This document shows positions 26,932-35,400 of a DNA stretch of 64,000 nt, piece after piece. Source of the stretch: an uncultured Verrucomicrobiota bacterium (lineage in GTDB: Bacteria; Verrucomicrobiota; Verrucomicrobiia; Limisphaerales; UBA9464); the NCBI GenBank assembly GCA_903835555.1, contig CAILNN010000420.1:4990-68989 (forward strand), in the 5' to 3' direction. The first letter of the stretch is position 1. Every line of letters begins with the position of its first letter. The notes beneath the pieces are model-generated. The model ran no database searches. It was given only the letters and a program-made list of their open reading frames with translations, and was not told the DNA's origin. The position numbers were made by a program, and so were the translations under genes.

Positions 26932-28851
26932 ATGTATCGGTGGGCACTTGCCACGGCGGCCCTGGCCATCCCTCTTTTGGGACAAGGCCCGCCAGAGAAT
27001 CAAATGGGCACCAATCCGGTTCCTGCGGAGCACATCATTTTGCCAGCGGAAGTACCTGATCCCATTGAACCGTTTAATCGGGTGATGTGGTCCTTCAACA
27101 AGGGGTTGATGATGGACGTTATCAATCCCACCGCACGTGCCTATCGATTCGTCATTGTGAAACCGATTCGGCGTGTGATCCGCAACTTCAATCGGAACCT
27201 CCTTTACCCGGGAAGAGCGATCAACAACCTGCTCCAAGCCAGATGGAGCGGTGCGCGGGACGAATCCTACCGCTTTCTAGTGAACACCACGCTGGGGGTG
27301 GGCGGCATCTTTGACATGGCCACCCCGTATAAAATCCCGAAGTCCGATGCTGATTTTGGCCAAACCTTTGGCTACTGGGGTTGGAAGCCGACCTGTTTCA
27401 TCATGCTGCCTGTGTTTGGCCCCAGCAGTGAACGAGACACCGTGGGATTGGTTGCCGATACCGCAGCCAATCCACTTCTGTACGTATCACCCTATTCATT
27501 CAACAAGAATAATCCGCTGACCTATTTGGGTGCATATAGCTATTTTAGCTATGGTGCCATGTACAACGGTCTCTCGGACTCCGTCGCGGAGTATGTCCGG
27601 TTTAGTGAATCGGAAATGGACCCGTATGCCGAGATACGATTGGCGTGGACTTTCGCGCACAAAAATCAGACGACAGATATGCGGGTGATGGGCAGTCAGG
27701 ATCAGCCATCGTTGGACACCGTGAGATCGGCGTTGTTTACCTACCAGGACCCCGAGTTTCCCGTCCACGCCCATACGCGCTCCGTTGTGATTCCAACGAC
27801 CGGTCGCAGGCTCCCCTTCTCTTATTGGCTACAACGCGGGAAGGCCCCATTGGTTTATGTCCTGCCCGGACTTGGCGGACACCGACTCTCCCAAACAGCG
27901 GTTGCGTTGGCTGAATTGCTTTATGGGAAAGGATACTCGGTCGTTTGTGTCAGTAATCCATTCCATTCCGAATTCATGGAACGTGCTTCCTCGGCCGTCC
28001 TTCCGGGTTACCTACCGGTCGACGCCCATGATGTACATGTGGCTTTGAACGAGATTGATCGCCGTTTGACGGAATTGTATCCGGGACGAATTGGGCCGAA
28101 AGCCTTGCTAGGCTACTCGATGGGAGCGCTGGAAGCCCTTTTCATTGCAGCGGAACCAGCCACCAATCACCCGTCCTTACTCCGGTTTGATCGGTTCGTG
28201 GCCATCAGCACACCGGTCAGCCTGATGCATGGAATAGCCAAGCTGGACGAATTCTATCTGGCACCGCTTGAGTGGCCTGCCGTGGAGCGCTCAAAGAATT
28301 TAGAAAACACCTATTTAAAGGTGGCGGCATTGGTGAAGGAAGGACTCAACCCTCAAACGAATCTGCCGTTTAACTCGATCGAATCCCGTTTTCTCATCGG
28401 AATGACCTTTCGATCGATTTTACGAGACATCGTTTATAGCAGTCAACGCAGGGCTCCCCAACATGTTCTACGGCACTCCCTTCTGAATCTCAGCCGCGAA
28501 GATATCTATCGGGAGATCAGTCGATATTCCTTTCAGGATTACTTCACCGACTTTGCCTCGCCTCTCTATGAAGGATCGGGGGAATTAAAACTGAATTCGG
28601 GTACCCTGGCACGTGCGGGTGACTTACGAACTTACGAGGTCGGCCTCCGAGCGAATTCAAATATTCGGGTCCTATCAAATCACAACGATTTCCTACTGGA
28701 CTATAACGATATTGCCTGGTTGCAAGCGACTTTTTCAAATGAACAATTAACCATTTTCCCCGATGGAGGCCACTTGGGAAATCTATTCGTTCCCGAAGTT
28801 CAAAAGGCCATATTGGGGGCTTTGCCAACGCTTTTGGATCCAAAACCCTAA
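26932..28851 (+). CDS. MlaA/VacJ-family domain fused to a C-terminal alpha/beta hydrolase domain
   Basis: N-terminal half has EPFNR..W.FN, NFNRNL.YP, LVNTTLGVGGIFD and FGQTFGYWG (MlaA). C-terminal half has LPGLGGH, a GYSMG nucleophile elbow and a DGGHLG histidine motif. Confidence 0.7.
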   Translation: MYRWALATAALAIPLLGQGPPENQMGTNPVPAEHIILPAEVPDPIEPFNRVMWSFNKGLMMDVINPTARAYRFVIVKPIRRVIRNFNRNLLYPGRAINNLLQARWSGARDESYRFLVNTTLGVGGIFDMATPYKIPKSDADFGQTFGYWGWKPTCFIMLPVFGPSSERDTVGLVADTAANPLLYVSPYSFNKNNPLTYLGAYSYFSYGAMYNGLSDSVAEYVRFSESEMDPYAEIRLAWTFAHKNQTTDMRVMGSQDQPSLDTVRSALFTYQDPEFPVHAHTRSVVIPTTGRRLPFSYWLQRGKAPLVYVLPGLGGHRLSQTAVALAELLYGKGYSVVCVSNPFHSEFMERASSAVLPGYLPVDAHDVHVALNEIDRRLTELYPGRIGPKALLGYSMGALEALFIAAEPATNHPSLLRFDRFVAISTPVSLMHGIAKLDEFYLAPLEWPAVERSKNLENTYLKVAALVKEGLNPQTNLPFNSIESRFLIGMTFRSILRDIVYSSQRRAPQHVLRHSLLNLSREDIYREISRYSFQDYFTDFASPLYEGSGELKLNSGTLARAGDLRTYEVGLRANSNIRVLSNHNDFLLDYNDIAWLQATFSNEQLTIFPDGGHLGNLFVPEVQKAILGALPTLLDPKP

Positions 28852-28920
28852 CCCAGTTTTGCACTGCCACAAACGCGAAGCAATTGGGGCACGCCAAGAC
28901 GCAAAGGAAGAAGGGAGGTA

Positions 28921-28936
28921 GTAATTGACCCCATGG
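28921..28936 (+). promoter_or_regulatory. Stress-motif copy upstream of DUF2934 gene (weaker match)
   Basis: GTAATTGACCCCATGG, 15 nt before the annotated ATG. Confidence 0.25.
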
Positions 28937-28951
28937 CAGTAAAGGGCAGAA

Positions 28952-29224
28952 ATGGGCTACCCTTCAACAATGCAACGGAAGTTCTACTCAAAAAAAATAG
29001 CAACGCCGCCCGTGGACGCTGCTGGACGCCCGAGCGGGGGGGCGATTGAAGGGCAAGTGGATTTCTGGCCATCACCCGACGAAGTGGCGCGAAGAGCGTA
29101 CTTTACCTATGTAAACCAGGGGTCTCTGCCGGGACATGATGTGCAGCATTGGCTGGACGCGGAAGCGGAGTTAATTCAGGAGAGAGACAAGACCCGAACA
29201 CATGGTTTTCATAACCCGACTTAG
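28952..29224 (+). CDS. DUF2934-like small protein
   Basis: EVARRAYFTYVNQG..PGHDVQHWLDAEAEL matches the DUF2934 pattern. Confidence 0.55.
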   Translation: MGYPSTMQRKFYSKKIATPPVDAAGRPSGGAIEGQVDFWPSPDEVARRAYFTYVNQGSLPGHDVQHWLDAEAELIQERDKTRTHGFHNPT

Positions 29225-29498
29225 GGTCACTTGATTCCCTTTCGCTAAAAACCATTGGCTGGGAAGCCTTCGGCTTCAGCGAGAAACCGACAATTCTAGG
29301 GTACATTTTGAAAATACGCCCTAACCAAGTAGAACTAGTATGGGATAAAGCCCCCCCATTTGAAAGCAGGACGAGCTTTCGCCCGTCCCACCCCCCACCC
29401 CAAAATTCCTACTCGATTCCTCCGCCCGCCGCTGTAGACCTAACGGGCAGCGGATGGTCTCCTCTTGAAAAAAGATTGAATGATGCCCCGCAACTTTT

Positions 29499-29514
29499 CG
29501 ATGGGGTGTAACCC
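29499..29514 (-). promoter_or_regulatory. Orphan stress-motif copy (no ORF downstream)
   Basis: Minus strand reads GGGTTACACCCCATCG, a 15/16 match to the copy upstream of the BON gene. Confidence 0.3.
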
Positions 29515-29714
29515 CACCTCCGGGTGCATGCGGATGGCAGAAGCGGAATGCCAAAATGGGCTTGCGTCGATAAGATATCGGCTTCCTCCGAGGATTACAT
29601 CTAATTTTAGCGGCCTTGTACACCGAATGCCGTCGACTTACCTGTCGCAACCTTTTCTATTTCAACGTTGACTATGTTCACCGACAGGAGGACTGATGGG
29701 TTGAATCGGGATAG

Positions 29715-29730
29715 GGTGAATACCCCATGT
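29715..29730 (+). promoter_or_regulatory. Stress-motif copy upstream of the signalling operon
   Basis: GGTGAATACCCCATGT, 64 nt before the ATG at 29795. Confidence 0.3.
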
Positions 29731-29794
29731 CACGGGCGGCGGGGTTCAGTCAGTGTGTTTTAGGAGAGACGGAACGGCGAATCATTGCCCGACC

Positions 29795-30493
29795 ATGAAG
29801 CCAAAAGAAATTCGCTTGGCAAAGCAATACGCATCGGCCATGCGACGATATTTGGTCCCTGGCAATCTGGAAGATTTGCAACCCGCCCTTCGTTTGGGAC
29901 GGGCGGCAGTCGCGATTGGCCTAGAGACGCTGGACTTGGCGCGGATTCATGAGGAGACGCTCTTAAGCCTTGGATTGGCAAACGGACCGTCGCCGACTGT
30001 AAAGCAAGCGGAACGGTTCTTTACTGAGGCCATCACGCCGATCATCGAGAGTCATCGAACATCACGAGCCAGAAAACTTCAGCTCAAAAGCCACAGCGAT
30101 ACGCTTCGAAAGCGAACAATCGAACTGGCGACCGCAAACCGCAACCTGAGGCGGGGTATCATTCGGCGCAAGAGCATGGAGGCGGCACTTAAGAAGACCG
30201 GGGAACACTACGCGAATCTCCTCAAGGAGTCGTTGCGATTGCAGGAGGTATTGCGCCGGCTGACGCGACAAGTTCTGGCGGCGCAGGAAGATGAACGAAA
30301 AAAGATCAGTGCTGAATTGCAGAATCAAATCGCGCAAACACTCCTTGGGATCAATATCCGGCTCTATTCGCTAAAGAAAGAGGCAAAATTGAACTTAAGC
30401 GATCTTAAGAGTGAAATCTCCAGCACCCAAAGGCTTGTGGCAAAATCAGCACGGACGGTGCAGCGAGTGGCCCGGGAGGTTGGGGAACAATGA
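29795..30493 (+). CDS. Histidine-kinase paralog lacking the phospho-acceptor His and the ATPase domain (RsbU_N-like + coiled coil + degenerate HisKA_3)
   Basis: Collinear with residues 1-235 of the next gene. The H-box reads ISAELQNQIAQTL where the neighbour has ISRELHDVIAQTL. The ORF ends right after DHp helix 2. Confidence 0.6.
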   Translation: MKPKEIRLAKQYASAMRRYLVPGNLEDLQPALRLGRAAVAIGLETLDLARIHEETLLSLGLANGPSPTVKQAERFFTEAITPIIESHRTSRARKLQLKSHSDTLRKRTIELATANRNLRRGIIRRKSMEAALKKTGEHYANLLKESLRLQEVLRRLTRQVLAAQEDERKKISAELQNQIAQTLLGINIRLYSLKKEAKLNLSDLKSEISSTQRLVAKSARTVQRVAREVGEQ

Positions 30494-31689
30494 AGGCGAA
30501 ACTTGACACCTTTCACCGCCGATATCAGGCCGCCCTTCTTCATCATCTCAAGTTCGGGACCGAAGTAAGTCTGGAGACGGCGCGAAGCCTCGGTAGCGAC
30601 GCGATTGCCGCCGGTCTGCAAACGCTGGATTTGGTCAAAATACATGAACAAATAGTAACTGAGGTAGTTATTCCGGGGTCTACCGCAGCTCGACGCCGGA
30701 CATTGATTAAAGAGGCTGGGGCTTTTTTCGCAATCGCCATCACCCAAATTGAAAAGACCCATCGCAGCGCCCGCGAAGCCACGGCACATCTTGAAAAGAT
30801 CATCGAATCCCTCAGCCAACGAACAGCCGAACTTGCTGCCTCCAACATGGATCTCAATTTGGAGGTGGCCCAGCGGAAGGCTGCCGAGGAAGCCCTCAGG
30901 GATAGTGAGCGGCACTATCGCCATTTACTGAAAAAGTCAGACCATCTTCAACAGGAGTTAAGGCGGCTTTCGCGTCAGATTCTCTCGGCGCAGGAAAATG
31001 AACGGAAGGAAATCAGCCGCGAATTGCACGACGTGATCGCACAAACGTTAACGGGAATCAGCCTTCGCCTGTCCGCGCTTGCCAAAGATGCGGCTCGGAA
31101 TACCAAGGGGCTCGACAACAACATTGCCCAAACTCAGGCGATGGTGGTCAAATCAGTGGCTATCGTCCATCAATTCGCGCGCGAACTGCGCCCGGCGGTT
31201 CTCGACGACCTGGGTTTGATTCCGGCCTTGCACACCTTTTTAAAGGCATTTTCAGACCGGACGGGAATCAAAGCGCACTTGACTGCATTTGCCGGAGTTG
31301 AAAACCTGTCTCCAAGTCGGCGTACCGTATTGTTTCGGGTTGCCCAGGAGGCCCTGACCAACGTTGGTCGCCATGCCCATGCCCATCGGGTGGATGTCAC
31401 GATCGAGAATCGAGCGGATGGCATCCTGTTACGGATTAAGGACGACGGAAGATCCTTCAAGGTTGATCAAGTTTTGAATAGCAGGAGCAACAAGCGTCTC
31501 GGACTTCTTGGTATGCGGGAACGGCTGGAGATGGTGGGCGGTCGACTTACTATCGAGTCGAGTCCGGGGGCTGGAACAACGATTCAAGCTTTGGTCCCGC
31601 GACCAACGACGGGGGCTCGAGAAGTTCGGGCAAAGATTCCGATCGAGAGGACCAATGATACTGGCGCGACTCACAGTTTATTATCATGA
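30490..31689 (+). CDS. Sensor histidine kinase (RsbU_N-like domain, HisKA_3, HATPase_c)
   Basis: H-box ENERKEISRELHDVIAQTL, N-box EALTNVGRHA, G-boxes DDGRSF and GLLGMRERLEMVGG. ATGA overlaps on both sides. Confidence 0.85.
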   Translation: MKAKLDTFHRRYQAALLHHLKFGTEVSLETARSLGSDAIAAGLQTLDLVKIHEQIVTEVVIPGSTAARRRTLIKEAGAFFAIAITQIEKTHRSAREATAHLEKIIESLSQRTAELAASNMDLNLEVAQRKAAEEALRDSERHYRHLLKKSDHLQQELRRLSRQILSAQENERKEISRELHDVIAQTLTGISLRLSALAKDAARNTKGLDNNIAQTQAMVVKSVAIVHQFARELRPAVLDDLGLIPALHTFLKAFSDRTGIKAHLTAFAGVENLSPSRRTVLFRVAQEALTNVGRHAHAHRVDVTIENRADGILLRIKDDGRSFKVDQVLNSRSNKRLGLLGMRERLEMVGGRLTIESSPGAGTTIQALVPRPTTGAREVRAKIPIERTNDTGATHSLLS

Positions 31690-32369
31690 TACCAATTACC
31701 ATTCTGTTGGCCGAAGACCACACCATCGTGCGGGAAGGATTCCGCAACATGCTCAATGCGGAAATCGATATTCGGGTGGTGGGTGAGGCATCCAACGGTC
31801 GCCAAGCAGTGGCGCTGGCGAAAGATTTGCAGCCCGACGTTGTGCTGATGGATATCGCGATGCCGGTCCTCAATGGGCTGGAAGCAACCCGCCAAATCGT
31901 CGGAGCAATTCCCAAAGCGAAAGTATTGATTTTATCGGCTCATCACGATGACGCCTACGTGGAGTCGGCCATCGAGGCGGGGGCCTTTGGATTTCTGATC
32001 AAACAGGCGTCAGGGGCTGACGTTTGCATCGCGATTCGCGAGGCTCACAAAGGGACCCATCTGATGAGTCCTCTGGTGGCGAAGCGAAACGCTGAACTAA
32101 ACCGTTCGGCACCGGACCGTCGCGGTACTTTCAAAGCTCGGCGGCACAATCTGTCGGTCCGCGAGATGGAAGTGATTCAACTCATTGCCGAAGGAAAGGC
32201 CAATAAGGAGACAGCTTCAGAACTGGGGATCAGCATTAAGACGGTTGAGAAGCACCGACAAAACCTGATGACCAAGCTCAATATACACGACACGGCCGGG
32301 TTGACCAGATACGCCATCGGGGCGGGAATTATTGAAAGTAACGTCCAACTCACGATTGTGCCGGAGTAA
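31686..32369 (+). CDS. NarL/FixJ-family response regulator (REC + LuxR-type HTH)
   Basis: ILLAEDH, DVVLMDIAMP, and C-terminal LSVREMEVIQLIAEGKANKETASELGISIKTVEKHR. Confidence 0.9.
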   Translation: MIPITILLAEDHTIVREGFRNMLNAEIDIRVVGEASNGRQAVALAKDLQPDVVLMDIAMPVLNGLEATRQIVGAIPKAKVLILSAHHDDAYVESAIEAGAFGFLIKQASGADVCIAIREAHKGTHLMSPLVAKRNAELNRSAPDRRGTFKARRHNLSVREMEVIQLIAEGKANKETASELGISIKTVEKHRQNLMTKLNIHDTAGLTRYAIGAGIIESNVQLTIVPE

Positions 32370-32414
32370 AAAGCATGAAGTCAAGAGTCCTGAGCCTTCC
32401 GCGAGAGGACGACC

Positions 32415-35400
32415 TCACACGAGTGGAGGAGGTGGTGTAGGCCTAGCCAATAGGAGGGTCACTAGATGGTCCCGATGGTCATTTTTTAACGGGAGCATGA
32501 CCCCTGGAAGCACTTCACCGTCAACGGTCAAGACTCCGGCTTGGGCTGATGGATGATTCGGGAGCGAAATGTGAATGTGATAGGTTGATTCATGGAATCG
32601 GTAATGAAGGGTACATTGGTTCCAATCATCAGGTAGGTGCGGCGACAGGAACAATTGGTCTCCGACACGGTTCAGGCCCAGCAGAGTTTCGACAAGAAGC
32701 CGATACATCCATCCGGCTGAACCAGTGTACCACGTCCAACCGCCTCTTCCGATGTAGGGGGTCCGAGAATAGACGTCCGCGGCTACCACATACGGTTCCA
32801 CCTTATAGATCGCGGCTGACTTTGGGGTGAGGCTATGAAGGACAGGATTAATCAGTCCAAACAATTCCCAGGCCAGACTATTCTGGTCCAGAAGTGCGAA
32901 CGCCATCACAGACCAAATCGCCGCATGGGTATACTGACCTCCATTTTCGCGAACTCCCGGGATGTATCCCTTTATGTATCCCGGGTTCGAGGTGGATTTA
33001 TCAAAAGGCGGGTCGAACAATTGGATCAATCGATCGCCCCGTCTTACAAGCCGTCCATCCACCTGGGACATTGCGTGGCGGGCGCGGACAGGATCGGCGG
33101 CACCACTGATGACCGCCCAACTCTGGGGAATGGAATCGATCTGACATTCGGTATTCAGGTGAGAACCCAACGGTTCACCGTTATCAAAATAGGCGCGGCG
33201 GTACCAATCTCCGTCCCATCCCTGGGCCTCAATGCTTTTCTGGAGATTCGATGCGGTGGCAAGGCAGCGATCCGCAAATAGCGTGTCCAAGCGATGTCGA
33301 GCCAACCGCTCAAACTTGATTAGGACATCATAGAGGAAAAAAGCCAACCAGACACTTTCCCCGCGGCCTTCATTGCCTACGCGGTTCATACCGTCATTCC
33401 AATCGCCGCAACCCATCAGTGGCAAACCGTGGGTTCCGAATCGCGAACCGCGCTCGATGGCGCGTACGCCGTGTTGGTACAGCGTAATCGACTCCTCCGC
33501 AGGGTTCGGCTGGTCGTAGTACGATTCTTCCTCAGGTTTGACCAAGCGCGCCTCGAGAAGGCCGATCTTTTCATCCAAGACGGAATGGTCACCAACCGTT
33601 TCAACATACTGGCAAGTGACATAGGGCAGCCAAAGAAGGTCATCGGAGAAGTGGGTGCGCACGCCGCGGCCGGACGGTGGATGCCACCAGTGTTGGACAT
33701 CCCCTTCCCTGAACTGGTGGGCTGCGGCCCGGAGGATGTGCTCGCGTGTTAGAGTCGGCGCGGCGTGGACCAGCGCCATGACATCCTGCAATTGATCGCG
33801 GAACCCGTAAGCTCCTCCCGATTGGTAAAACCCCGTTCGGCCCCAGAGACGGCAACTGAGCGTTTGATAGAGGAGCCATCCATTGGCCAGGAAGTTTGCA
33901 GCGGGATCGGGGGTTTCGATTTGAATGGTGCCAAGAATACGTTGCCAATGTGCGCGAACAGAGGCAAGTACGCCGCTGGTAGAATCGAACCGTCGATAGC
34001 GTTGAATCAAGGTGGACACGTCCGGCAGGCCGCATCCGACGCCCAGTCTAAACGTGGTCTCACGCTCTTGCGCGTCGGCCAGTTCGAGCGCAACTTGCAC
34101 CGCACCGCAGGGGTCCAACCCGGCACCGACGCGTCCCGAAAGAGCCGAACGTCGAAGGGCCGCCGGGTTTCCAAGATTTCCATTGCCACCAATAAACTCC
34201 CGACGATCACCCGTGCTTGTCCGGTGTGGGTGGCTGACATCGACAAACGCAATCCGGTTTGGAAACTCAGAATTGTAATGATTATAGGCAAGGAGTGCTC
34301 CTGTCTTGAAGTCCACCTCGGTTTGCACGTGAAGAAAAGTCTTGGTTCGCAACTCGCCCAGAACCCATTCCCAATATCCGGTGATAGAAACCCGTCGGGT
34401 TCGCCCCGAATCATTCCGAAGCTTCAACTGGTAAAACTTCACCGGTGCATCCATAGCGACAAAGATGGTTAATTCGGAGTGAATGCCATTCTCACTATGT
34501 TCAAAGATGCTGTAACCGAATCCGTGACGGATAAGATACGGAGTCGCACCTCGCACCGGAAGAGGGGTGGGCGACCAGAATTGACCGGTTTCCTCATCCC
34601 GAAGATAGAGGGCTTCGCCAGGTGTGTCCATGACGGGATCATTACTCCAGGGCGTGAGCCTGAATTCGTGAGAATTTTCGAGCCACGTGTAGCCTGAACC
34701 ACTTTCAGAGACGATCGTTCCAAAAGTAGGGTTGGCGATGACGTTGACCCAGGGGGCAGGCGTCGTCTGGCCGGATTCGAGGAAGACGATGTATTCCTGT
34801 CCATCTTCCGAAAAGCCGCCCAGTCCATTGGGGAATCGTCGTTTTGGCAAGACCAGGGGGTGGGACGTTTCGACACCTCCAATCCGAACCGGACTGAATG
34901 CCGGGACGAGCGGCACCAAGGCCAAATGCGGTTCAACTTGGTCCGCCAATGTGCCACGTTCATCATCGACAAAAACCCGCGCCACTGCCTGAAGGAGGGT
35001 ACGATCTTCGTGCGACATTTGTTCCAAGTGTCTGACAAAAATGCCACCTGGTTTATCCAACAGTTGCGCTCCGAGGCCCGAGGAGACGAGACTGATGATT
35101 TGGTCGTGCAGAGACTGGCGGTAGACCGAAATATCTTCATTAAGAATGACCAAGTCCGTAATGAGACCCTTCATCCGCCAGTAAGCGTGAGCTTTGATGA
35201 GTTGCCGGACGATCTCGATTTTATTGGCATCACTGATTCGAAGCAGCAGAATTGGCAGGTCACCCGAAATGCCATAACTCCACAAGGCGTTTTGACCCTT
35301 GCGATTGCCCCGAAGTATGCAGGCATTCGCCCGCCTCACCGGGTCGGCATAGATGAGGGCGCTGGCGAGCCGACTAAAAAGCTGGGCGTCGCCCTCGGTA

